A stretch of 64,000 nt of DNA from Ylistrum balloti (taxonomy: Eukaryota), in NCBI RefSeq assembly GCF_031769215.1, contig NW_026782720.1, forward strand, positions 248,001 through 312,000, read 5' to 3'. The translations under genes and the position numbers were made by a program. Each line of letters starts with the position of its first letter. The stretch's first letter is position 1. Below are positions 38,603-51,000 of this stretch, piece after piece. The notes beneath the pieces are model-generated. The model had not been told where the DNA came from. It did no database searches and saw only the letters and a program-made list of their open reading frames with translations.

Positions 38603-38660
38603 CTATGCCAGAATGGTGGGTCATGTGTCGTGTCGTAACTCTGCTGGAATGGCGATCATG
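38576..38660. repeat. 36-bp tandem duplication of the CAAX-stop end of the Rho gene
   Basis: aatggtggaccatgtgtcgtgtcgtaactatgccag / aatggtgggtcatgtgtcgtgtcgtaactctgctgg / aatggcgatcatg. Confidence 0.85.
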
Positions 38661-39559
38661 AGGTAAAAATTTGCCTCGGATTTTAGCACAAACTGGTCTG
38701 GTGCAAAATAAACATAGTTCTTAAATCAATGCATGGCTTTAAAGGAATTCCATGATCTTCAAGAATATGAGAAACACATTTACAGACCACATACACTGGT
38801 GACTTCGGTCATAACGATTTCGTTATGTGGTAGGCCTACTAATGGTCATAATCGCCTAAAAGCGGTTTTTATCGATTAGACATTAAATCCTTACCTATGC
38901 ATCATACGTATTAGGCGGTCTCGAAACAAAACATGGATTCTAGAGAAGGAACCGAGATGAGATCCTGATGTAACAGATATTTGTGTCAGCAGTTTTATCT
39001 ATTTATATATTGGTTTTTGATTATGATTGTAACACTTAGTGAATTTCGAAATATTTTAATATTATGTTTTAGTCAGCGGCTGGTCTGCTGACCTCGTAAT
39101 GTCAATAAATGCCGGACATTCTTCACACTTATTGACCTACCCTATACACATTAACGTGACTAACCGCTGTACTGATGAGAGTAATAGCATTTCTATCAAC
39201 CACTCCCGTGTGTTCATAATTACGAGTGACAATCTTCGTCATTCTCCATTTGAAATTACATTTTTGACAGACATATAAGTTACTGCAGACATTTCTTGAC
39301 AGGTCAAAAAAGAAACAGTCCATGTGAAAATAGGTCTTTATAAAACAGCATTCAACTGTTTGACAATCGGTGATGAAATATGTCTGAGGAGTAAGAAAAA
39401 AGGGTTTTTACTTTTATCTTTTTACCAATAATCTATGATGGCGAACATGGCGCAATTAGTTGAATTTTCTTTCTACTTTATCCCATAAAAGTATCACCGA
39501 CTGAATTAGTATCGTACATCAACCAACCTTTACAAGACCATAGGATCCGAGAATTATTT

Positions 39560-39700
39560 AGTCTAGACGAATATGGACTTACCCTTGCCTATTTATAAAG
39601 GATTATTAGGAGAAGTGTAATTTTACCTAATATCGATCCCTCCAAAAACCTGCTAAAACCTTAAAACCAGACAAGGGTAAGTCCTTATCCACTTAGACCT
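39560..39700. mobile_element. Possible ~140-bp MITE with ~30-bp imperfect TIRs
   Basis: gtcta...ggacttacccttg versus caagggtaagtcc...tagac; no clear TSD. Confidence 0.45.
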
Positions 39701-40539
39701 CGAGCACTTTCATCTGGAATGTATACCACCTAAGTAAGCACGGTGAAATGGAATTTCTTGCCATTTCTGATACAAGTGCATACTGTTTAGATTGTGACAA
39801 AGTCCCGAGTCCCTGTCTGTTTTACTTTTTTTCCTGGACAATTCATTTCTCCTTGTACACGGAATCCAAAGAGTGTTTCATATACATAAATGATTTACTC
39901 TAAGTTTGGTCTGCTCTGATTAAAGACGTTTCAGTAATTTATATCATCCACGACTTATTTTGTATAATAATGTTTAAATAAAATCCAAACAATTGAAGAC
40001 TTTGTTCTTACTACAAAACATCCGTTTAGAATTCGGTTTGTATGTTCTAGATTACTATTGTCAAACGTCTCGTGCAACGCTGTATTTGTTGGCACTGCGA
40101 TAAGGGTACGAATCACCACGCTCACATTTGTTTACCTCACGTGGTAGGAATAGTACAGTCGGCAGATAACTGGATATTGCAACGTCTGGTCGAAATCTGC
40201 CGTAGCTGGTGCGATCTGTGACCGCTTGTAGTTCTCGGGAAAGATGACAAAACCACCCTTTCTTGTGTTGTTTGGTAAACCTCTTTACCAAAATTGCTTT
40301 AAGAAGTAAGCGGCAGGCCTCCGCATGACGTTCAGATAGTCTCTGCAGCTACTACCAGGAAACTCCTCCTCAGAACGCCTTTGGCTTTACAATGGAATAT
40401 ATACCCCCTCCCCATACCTCGAAAGATTGATGGTTCCTTCATTTTAGTAAAAGGAAAAAAACAAAAGATCCTATAGGGATTTTGACGTCCATCAGCGTTT
40501 ATTATAAATTTGATCTTCTTATTCCATGTTTTTCTCTCT

Positions 40540-40950
40540 GAAAAACCTGAAAATGAAAGTTGTTAACGGCCAAACCCAAGAGATGTTCTCCTATCCGCCA
40601 TTTTGTTTTTCTGATCAATTCCAAAATCAATTGGGTACAACTAAGGACCAAGGGAACCTACATATGAAATTTGAGAAAGATCCATCCAGTACTTTTCAAG
40701 AAAAAATGATAACCTTTCATTGCAAAATTCCTGGAAGGTTACTGGCCCACCATTTTGTCTTTCCTATCAGAACCAAAATGGAATATGCACAACTACAAAC
40801 TAAAGTAAAGATTCATCTGAAATTTATGAATAGTCTATCCAACACTTCTACAGAAATAGCAATAACCAACTATAAGTCATAAACCAGCATTTCCAATCAA
40901 CCCTAAAACGAAATTTGAGAATGATCAATCCAGTGCCTCTTCAGAAATAA
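40540..40950 (-). mobile_element. Decayed HINE internal-repeat remnants
   Basis: Reverse complement of the ~155-bp HINE unit (ggaccaagggaacctacatatgaaatttgagaaagatccatccagtactt). Confidence 0.6.
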
Positions 40951-41290
40951 CAATCACAATCTGTTTCTGTCAAAATCCAAGTTTGTCGCTTGTTGTCTAT
41001 CTATAATCAAGTGCTTCTTCAAAAATAACAATCTGTTTCTGTCAAAATCCAAGTTTGTCGCTTGTTGTCTATCTATAATCAAGTGCTTCTTCAAAAATAA
41101 CAATTTGTGACTGTCAAAATCCAAGTTTGTCGCTTGTTGTCTATCTATAATCAAGTGCTTCTTCAAAAATAACAATTTGTGACTGTCAAAATCCAAGTTT
41201 GTCGCTTGTTGTCTATCTATAATCAAGTGCTTCTTCAAAAATAACAATTTGTGACTGTCAAAATCCAAGTTTGTCGCTTGTTGTCTTATC
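40950..41290. repeat. 72-bp tandem repeat, about 4.6 near-identical copies
   Basis: Period 72 (40956 to 41028); unit acaat(c/t)tgt(tt/ga)ctgtcaaaatccaagtttgtcgcttgttgtctatctataatcaagtgcttcttcaaaaata. Confidence 0.92.
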
Positions 41291-41293
41291 TTG

Positions 41294-43667
41294 TTTTTTA
41301 GCCCACCATCTATTCAAATAGATGGTGGGTTATTCAAATCGCCCTGTGTCCGTGGCCCGTGGTCATGCCGTCCGTCCGTCCGTAAACAATTCTTGTTACC
41401 GCTATTTCTGGAAAAGTACTGGATGGATCTTTCTCAAATTTCATATGCAGGTTCCCCTTGGTCCCTAGTTGTGCATTGTACCTTTTTTGAACTGATTCGC
41501 ATTCAAGATGGCCGACAGGTGGCCATCTTGAATTTTGGAAGTAAAAGTTTGTTACCGCTATTTCTGGAAAAAGTCAAATTTCATATGCAGGTTCCCCTTG
41601 GTCCCTAGTTGTGCATTGTACCTTTTTTGAACTGATCTTCAAGATGGCCGACAGGTGGCCAAATTTCATATGCAGTTTCTCAAATTTCATATGCAGTTTC
41701 CCCTTGGTCCCTAGTTGTGCATTGTACCTTTTTTGGACTGATTCGAATTCAACATGGCTGACAGGTGGCCATCTTGGATTTTGGATGTAAAAGTTTGTTA
41801 CCGCTATTTCTGAGAAAGTACTGGATGGATCTTTCTCAAATTTCATATGCAGTTTCCCCTTGGTCCCTAGTTGTGCATTGTACCTTTTTTGGACTGATTC
41901 GAATTCAACATGGCCGACAGGTGGCCATCTTGGATTTTGGATGTAAAAGTTTGTTACCGCTATTTCTGGAAAAAGTACTGGATGGATCTTTCTCAAATTT
42001 CATATGCAGTTTCCCCTTGGTCCCTAGTTGTGCATTGTACCCTTTTTCAAGATGGCCGACAGGCAGCCATCTTGGATTTTGGAAGTAAAAGTTTGTTACT
42101 GCTATTTCTTGGAAAGTACATGGCTCAAATTTCATATGCAGACAGGTGGCCATCTTGGATTTTGGATGTAAAAGTTTGTTACTGCTATTTCTTGGAAAGT
42201 ACTGGATGGATCTTTCTCAAATTTCATATGCAGTTTCCCCTTGGTCCCTAGTTGTGCATTGTACCTTTTTTGGACTGATTCGAATTCAACATGGCCGACA
42301 GGTGGCCATCTTGGATTTTGGATGTAAAAGTTTGTTACCGCTATTTCTGGAAAAAGTACTGGATGGATCTTTCTCAAATTTCATATGCAGTTTCCCCTTG
42401 GTCCCTAGTTGTGCATTGTACCTTTTTTGGACTGATTCGAATTCAAGATGGCCGACAGGCAGCCATCTTGGATTTTGGAAGTAAAAGTTTGTTACTGCTA
42501 TTTCTTGGAAAGTACTGGATGGATCTTTCTCAAATTTCATATGCAGTTTCCCCTTAGTCCCTAGTTGTTCATTGTACCTTTTTTGGACTGATTCGAATTC
42601 AAGATGGCCGACAGTCAGCCATCTTGGATTTTGGATGTAAAACTTTGTTACTGCTATTTCTTGGAAAGTACTGGATGGATCTTTCTCAAATTTCATATGC
42701 AGTTTCCCCTTGGTCCCTAGTTGTGCATTGTACCTTTTTTGGACTGATTCGAATTCAAGATGGCCGACAGTCAGCCATCTTGGATTTTGGAAGTAAAAGT
42801 TTGTTACTGCTATTTCTTGGAAAGTACTGGATGGATCTTTCTCAAAATTCCATATGCAGTTTCCCCTTGGTCCCTAGTTGTGCATTGTACCTTTTTGGAC
42901 TGATTCGAATTCAAGATGGCCGACAGGTGGCCATCTTGGATTTTGGATGTAAAACTTTGTTACCGCTATTTCTTGGAAAGTACTGGATGGATCTTTCTCA
43001 AATTTCATATGCAGGTTCCCCTTGGTCCCTAGTTGTGCATTGTACCTTTTTTGACTGATTCGAATTCAAGATGGCAGACAGGTGGCCATCTTGGATTTTG
43101 AATGTAAAAGTTTGTTACTGCTATTTCTTGGAAAGTACCGGATGGATCTTTCTCAAATTTCATATGCAGGTTCCCTTTGGTTCCAAGTTGTGCATTACAC
43201 CTGTTTGGACTGATCCGAAATCAAGATGGCTGACAGGCAGCCATCTTGGATTTTGAGAGTAAAATCTTGTTACTGCTATATCTGAGGAAGTCCAGGATGG
43301 ATCCTTCTGATATTTCATAGATATTGGTTTCCCTTGGTCCCTAGTTGTGCATTGTACCTTTTTTGGACTGATTTGAAATCAAGGTGGCCCACAGGCAGCC
43401 ATCTTGGATATCGACAGTAATACAGCACAAGCATATTGTCCATTATCCACCTGTAACTGACGGCTATCTAATAATACTTTGGGATCTTTTTCAAATGATA
43501 TTTGCTAATAGGTGCTTAATAAAAATATCTTGTGCCATCATTGAGTACATTCAATGAAGACCAGTTCATGAACATTTACAACACCTGTAACAAACAAAAA
43601 AAATCTTCAAGAACTGAAAACAGATCCTCAAATGATGGACGCCAAGATCCCTCTGGGATCTCTTGTT
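41294..43667 (+). mobile_element. Long HINE carrying about 12-13 tandem ~155-bp internal units
   Basis: 5' tttttagcccaccatc...gatggtgggttattc hairpin, (gtcc)n microsatellite, tandem units, then 3' gatggacgccaagatccctctgggatctcttgtt. This is the DINE-1/HINE architecture. Confidence 0.85.
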
Positions 43668-44077
43668 TTTATAATCATTTTCAAAATAGACTATGCACAT
43701 CTATTGACTAAGGTGAACCTACACATGAAGTTTGAGAATGATCCATCCAATGCTTCTCCAGAAATTGTGATAACAAACTACCATAGTCACCAGGAAGGCT
43801 GCCTGTCGGCCATCGCCCCTTGTGTGATGTACTTGATTGTACAAGAACCAAAGCAAAGCTACAAAAAATTGAGAATGATACATCCAGTGCTTCATCAGAA
43901 ATAGTGATAACAAGACCTATTTAAGTGTAAGGACAGCGGACAGACATGGACGAAGGGTGAATGGATTAGCCGATCGTCTATTGAAAAAAAAAAAAAAACC
44001 AAATCCACCATTATAGTTTTTGTTTACATTTTATTTTGGTACACATCAGTATAATAAAATTTCAAAAACAAAATAAG

Positions 44078-44731
44078 TAGAGCTGTTATCATATATCAGC
44101 ATCACGATGTATCGATGTATCGTGATTACAACAGCAGGACGACAATATTGCGGAAAATTTTCAGATCGGCGATATCGTCGTCGTCAAAAAGTAAGAAGGA
44201 ACCGTTAAATTTTCAGATGAAAACACATGATTTCCCGACAAATAAAGCACAAAAAGTTGTTGTCGACAGCATTTCATTCAAAGTCGGTAAACATAGTGAA
44301 ACGCTGTTAGGAAGTATATCAGCTTTTTGAAAATATGTAACAAAACGCGTGCCATGTGTCATTTGATCTCCACACCCTATCAGATTATCAGACTATTCCA
44401 TCTGCTGATACTGCAGAAAATTTACTCAATTTCTGGTCATGAAATACATCCAACAATTGGAAATATTTTGTTTTTGAGAAGAATGCTGATAGAGGATATA
44501 AGGACAAAAAAAATCTGCTGTAGATGTCGTGTTTGTAAAGCTTTGTAAAGCTGTCGTTAAATACAGTGGTAATACGATAAATTAAGACACAGAATTTGTG
44601 ATAAGTTTTCATTTATTTGCTGATAGAAATAACTAACTTGGAACACAGTATTAACATTCAGATTTTATTTGATAAATATCGTGCTATCAGCAAAAATTGA
44701 TGATATCGCGATGCAGTTTTCCCCAGCTCTA
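44078..44731. mobile_element. Non-autonomous hAT transposon, 654 bp
   Basis: TIR TAGAGCTG/CAGCTCTA; perfect 8-bp TSD AAAATAAG (44070-77, 44732-39); subterminal atatcg/cgat repeats. Confidence 0.9.
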
Positions 44732-45896
44732 AAAATAAGTATGATGTCTTTTTAAAAGTAATCATAATTTCATTGATGAACTGATGATTTTCAGCCCAAT
44801 AATATTTTAGAAAATTTCCCAAGATTTAAAAAATCACATAATTAGTTGCTTATGAATATTCTGTAAAAACGGTTAAGTCATACACACCTTTAACCATATT
44901 AAGACATCAAAATACAAGCCATTTATTTATCTATATATCACACAACTATGTACACAAGTCTCCAAAGCATGCTATATACAAAGTAATCAGCTGTACTAGG
45001 TCACAAGGTCACGATGGTGATAGGTATGGAGCGATATAAATCATTATATACTGACACATAACGCATGCCATTAAGTACAAAAGTTCCTAAATGTAAGTGC
45101 AAGATAATTTTTAGTAAAAATAGTTACCAAAGATCATGTGTGGGATCAACTCTCTCCATTTTACCTTAGGTTGATCAATTGTTTACCATTACCAATAGGT
45201 ATTGTAGCAAAATAATTGTTTAAACATCGCTTAAATCATCCTTTGTTGCACCAAGAAACTTCCACCAATGGCTTTGAAATATGTCCTCCTATTGATATGG
45301 GTAGCAGTAAAAAACATCAATATTGAAAATGAGAAATAATAATGAATCATATATCTATATGACAGTACTTCATGCAATAAAGCTTTTACTATACAATAGT
45401 AAAAATATCAATATTATTTACACTTTAGTACATTGTACATACAAAGTAAATTTCAAACTTGAATGGACTTTAAACTACATTGTAGATTTATTATGTATCT
45501 AGAATTAAAAGTCTATAAAAATGTCTGAATCAAATAAAATGATAATGCTCACGACTAGATGTCTGAACTATAAAGCAATACTTGCATGTTTGATATTCTA
45601 AGAAAAATGTGCGATAATAAACATGTTAACTTAATGAAATCAGATGAAGGAGTTTCACATTTCAATGCTTTCACTGTTCTGTTTTTTTGTAAGATTCCAT
45701 GACTTTACCTCTACAACTTTGAATTGTTTTTTTTCCAAAACTAACTTGCGCAAGCCAGCCAATTTACATGGATTTTGTTCTGTGGATTTTAAGACAGTTA
45801 TCATCTGTAGAAAATTTAAATGTAAAGGTCACCAACTTCATTCATGAACCTTAATTCAGATCTAGCAAGATTTTGTATATTAATAAAAAGAACAGG

Positions 45897-47475
45897 TATG
45901 TACAACATATCCACAAAGACAGAAATCCATCAAGTACTGATATGTACAACATACCCAGACAGAAATCCATCAAGTACTGATGCGTACAACACACCCAGTC
46001 AGAAATCCATCAGGTACTGATACGTACAACATACCCAGACAGAAATCCATCAAGTACTGATATGTACAACATACCCAGACAGAAATCTGTCAAGTACTGA
46101 TACATACAACATACCCAGACAGAAATCTGTCAAGTACTGATATGTACAACATACCCAGACAGAAATCCATCAAGTACTGATACGTACAACATATCCACAA
46201 AGACAGAAATCCATCAAGTACTGATACGTACAACATATCCACAAAGACAGAAATCCATCAAGTACTGATACGTACAACATATCCACAAAGACAGAAATCC
46301 ATCAAGTACTGATACGTACAACATACCCACAAAGACAGAAATCCATCAAGTACTGATACGTACAACATATCCACAAAGACAGAAATCCATCAAGTACTGA
46401 TACGTACAACATACCCACAAAGACAGAAATCCATCAAGTACTGATACGTACAACATACCCAGACAGAAATCCGTTAAGTACTGATACGTACAACACACCC
46501 AGACAGAAATCCATCAGGTACTGATACGTACAACATACCCAGACAGAAATCCATCAAGTACTGATATGTACAACACACCCAAAAGAAATCCATCAGGTAC
46601 TGATACATACAACATACCCAGACAGAAATCTGTCAAGTACTGATATGTACAACATACCCACAAAGACAGAAATCCGTCAAGTACTGATATGTACAACATA
46701 CCCAGACAGAAATCCATCAAGTACTGATACGTACAACATATCCACAAAGACAGAAATCCATCAAGTACTGATACGTACAACATATCCACAAAGACAGAAA
46801 TCCATCAAGTACTGATACGTACAACATATCCACAAAGACAGAAATCCATCAAGTACTGATATGAACAACATATCCACAAAGACAGAAATCCATCAAGTAC
46901 TGATACATACAACATATCCAGACAGAAATCTGTCAAGTACTGATATGTACAACATATCCAGACAGAAATCTGTCAAGTACTGATATGTACAACATACCCA
47001 CAAAGACAGAAATCCATCAAGTACTGATACGTACAACATACCCATACAGAAATCCGTCAAGTACTGATATGTACAACATACCCAGACAGAAATCCATCAA
47101 GTACAGATACGTACAACATATCCACAAAGACTGAAATCAATCAGGTACTGATACATACAACATACCCACAAAAACAGAAATCCATCAAGTACTGATATGT
47201 TCAACATACCCAGACAGAAATCCGTCAAGTACTGATACGTACAACATATCCACAAAGACTGAAATCCATCAGGTACTGATACATACAACATACCCACAAA
47301 GACAGAAATCCATCAAGTACTGATACGTTCAACATACCCACAAAGACAGAAATCCATCAAGTACTGATACGTACAACATATCCACAAAGACAGAAATCTA
47401 TCAAGTACTGATACATACAACATATCCACAAAGACAGAAATCCATCAAGTACTGATACGTACGACATATCTAGAA
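45897..47475. repeat. 40/44-bp minisatellite, about 37 copies
   Basis: Unit gacagaaatccatcaagtactgata(c/t)gtacaacata(c/t)cca with or without caaa. Confidence 0.97.
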
Positions 47476-48020
47476 ATCCACAGAGGCAAACATTTCTAAA
47501 CATCAGGACCAGAAAACATGATTACAATTTCTAGGTACCAGGTAGGAGTTTTGATGTACCTAATAATTAACAGCATCCTTACTGTTGATGAAGGAGTATA
47601 AACCTACAAACCATCACCTGTATTACCTGGTAAATGGAAAACGTTTGATTCCTTGTGAACCACAAAATAAATTTAACTTACAGTGTGAGGTTTCCTCTCC
47701 CCACTCCCTCAATTTTTTTTATAAAGAGAACAAAGGAAGTCAAAGTTATAACAGGATGTCATTCATGTGATGATCACTTTAAACTTCAATCAGAGGTATG
47801 GATAAGCCAACATACTATATGACATGGTTTCCCTCAATCATACCTGAAGGAATTCTAATTAAGGAATTAGTCAAGATCTATTACATATCCTCAACAAATA
47901 TCAGCCATACATGCAACCACTTTATTCCGGGTCACAATGATAAATGTATACACAAGTACATGTTGAACAGGCAATATGTAATAGCACTGCACTAACACTT
48001 AAGAACTATGAAGCATGAAA

Positions 48021-51000
48021 TCAAACACTTGGTACTGATATACTAAGTTGCTGGAAACCATGGTTACCTCCAAATGACTGTATAATGTAGGTACTAGTGA
48101 AGGAGTCTTCTGCACCAGTACTGTCTATCTCGACTACGTCCATCGTCTGATCTGATATGTCAGACAGAGCAATACAAGAGGAGTCATGGCCCTGACTTTG
48201 GTCATGCGTTTTCTCCTCTTCTCCCAAGTCAACCAAGAGACACTGGTAGGTATCCCCTTCAGGTCCACATTTCATTGATGTGTTATCTGCCTCCTCTTCC
48301 TCCACATCACTCTCAAAATACAGCAATTTAAGGTCAGAGGAGGTTGATAACGATGTGTCAGATGAGGTCGATGGTGATGAATCAAAACAAGTTTCCTTCA
48401 CTTCATCAGCCTCTGAATTGCCACCAAAATTGTCCTGAAATTTTGTGTTTAAGGAGCACCTTACACTTCTACGTGGGGTTCCATACACAAAATTATCAGA
48501 CAAATCAGATGAATCACTTGTGTCCACTATTTTTTTAGATTTTTTGCGAGGAAAGGTTTTGGGTGTATACACTCTCTTCTTCCTTCTTTCCACACTCTCC
48601 TGTCTCCTCTCTGTGAGAGCTTGTCGTGTACTGAGAGCAGGGCTTGAACCTACAGGCCTACTACTACGTGTAACCAAATGAACTAGGGCATCTGCTTCTT
48701 CATTTAGAGCCTGTCTCGTACTCTGAGCTGGACTAGTGCCAATACTTTGGTTGTTTAACACTGAACACAAAACTTTGTCAGATTTAGACCAATGGCACTC
48801 TGATTCGGTTCTTTCTGACTTGCCATGATTACTTTTCTTTAACATGAATTTCTTGCCTTTGTACTTGATGACCAGGCTTTTCTCATCATTATCGTTCTCC
48901 GTCTCTGACTTATTAAGGAAATTTATGTTATTTTCCACATTTCCTTTCTCTGTTCCAATAACTGTTTGTAATCCTTCTCCTTTAGGACCATTCATTCCTG
49001 TCAACCAATTTGTGATTGACATCTGGCCGGGAGAAATGTTGGACTTTTGGGATTTTTTGCTTTTTGTCTTTTTGGATGTTTTCGGAATATGTTCACTTGG
49101 CTGTCTTTTAACTTGAGCATTTTGAGGTTTTGAGCTTGAGCTCTTGTTTCCACTTTTGTCACATTCTGATTCTGTCCCGCTTGTCAATAAAGCCCGGAGA
49201 AGTCCCTTGCTTTTCACTGCTGTGTTGACTCTGACTGGACTATCATCATCAGACATTTCACTATCTTCAATACAACTACTTGTGCTAGATATGTTCAAGA
49301 TATCATTTTTAGCTACACACTGTTTGTTTGATGAGCCAGACCTGCTTCTGCAAAACTGTCCTTTACTATTTTTAGATCGCATGAAATGCTTAAAAGGAGA
49401 CTTTACATCACTGCTTTCACTTGAGGCCTTTAACTCCATGATAGATTTCTTCTTTGCTGCCCTAGATTTTTTTTTAGAAAAGCAGCCTTTACAATAATTC
49501 CATGGGTTTTGTTTATAGCTCTTTTTCTTAGGAGATATTACCACGCATTTGGATATGGATTTTTTCATTTTTATCTTAGAGTCTGTCCCAATCTTTTCCA
49601 GTCTGAGGGCATCAGCTGTAGTTAGTCCTACAGATCTTGTTCTCTTAAACCCAGTGCGGGCTCTCTTCAATTGTATATCAAGGGCTGACTGCCTGACATT
49701 ACTTTTAACGGGAGAAACTTGGGTTGGTTTAGGGTTGGGAATGGTAGCTGAAGGTTGCAGCCTGCGAGGTGACCTACTTTCTACAGTCTCACCAACAACA
49801 GACAACACATCCTCAGATATCTTTTGTCGTTTCGATGTGGTATTTTTTATACTCTTCTTACGCTTTTTTTGCTGGGACTTTGATGGTTCACCTGTGTCGT
49901 ATTCGTTGGAAGTTGAAGGCTGACAGTCTATTGAATCCACTACATTTAATTCATCATCTGTCTCCTCGTATGACAGACGCAGCACAGTACCTGGTGATAA
50001 AGCACTGGAGGCAGGTGGGGAAGAAAGTGTTGAAGATCTTGCGGGAAGGCTTTTCTTAATCAGTTTATCAGACTTGCCAGGGTATTCACTTTTACATTTA
50101 CTATCCAAATCTACTTTCACATTTTTATTTGATGCATCAGGAGACTGCTCTTTTGTCACAGTTTTCTTCTTTCCTTTAGAAACTGCAAGAATGAAACAAT
50201 AAACTAATTAAGACAAAATAAGAAGTCCTTATTGGACCCTGGCATCCAACCAACATATCCAAAATAACAATAGCCCATATCCTGCATTGCTCATCTGAAT
50301 CTTAAATCCCACCTATGCTTTACATGCCTATAGGTTGGGTATTTTAAATATTTCCAAATTAAAGCTCAGTCACTTAACCCCATTGGTGGGGAAAGACCAA
50401 TAGGTTAATTCTTATATCATTACTGTCTTTCTCTTTTGATTCCCAGTAAGAGTTTTTTATGGTAATCAGGTTAGTATCTCAAATATATCAAATATATAAC
50501 CAAGAAATAATGTCCTTTTGGGCCAGGTGAGCTAAAAAGAAATCATATCAAAGGATAAATTTTGTCTCTTCAAAATACCATTTTCTATCTCACATCCTAG
50601 TATTTAGTCGTTTACATTAAGATACAATCAAAGTCTTTTCTTGGGGAATAAATCTTAAATATTGAACTTTTGTAGTGCTGGTCCAAGTGAGGGAGTTCCA
50701 TGTTACTATTTCAGTCGAACTGTGGGTAGTGTGCAAATCACACACACACATATATATATGCTGAAGAACTTACTTTTCATTTCAACAGTCTTACAATCTT
50801 GGCAGACATTGTCCCTGCCAACCTTGGACAGACTGTGACAACCTACATGTGATCCCTGTGATCCACACCAGCTACATACGATGATCTCCCACTTCCTATA
50901 AACAAAAAATTAGCAGAAAATGAATAATTGATTCACAAGAAATTCACTTAGTTCTTAAGTCAAGGCAACATTCAGAAAATTAAGTCAGATAGCACCTATG

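Noticed and set aside
41291-43256. Overlapping 80-144-aa ORFs (KYWMDLSQISY..., MKFEKDPSSTF...)
   Set aside because: They are translations of the HINE internal tandem unit; no Rep or helicase motifs are present.
48344-50059. Plus-strand ORFs opposite the G2E3-like last exon
   Set aside because: They are antisense shadows of a long coding exon.
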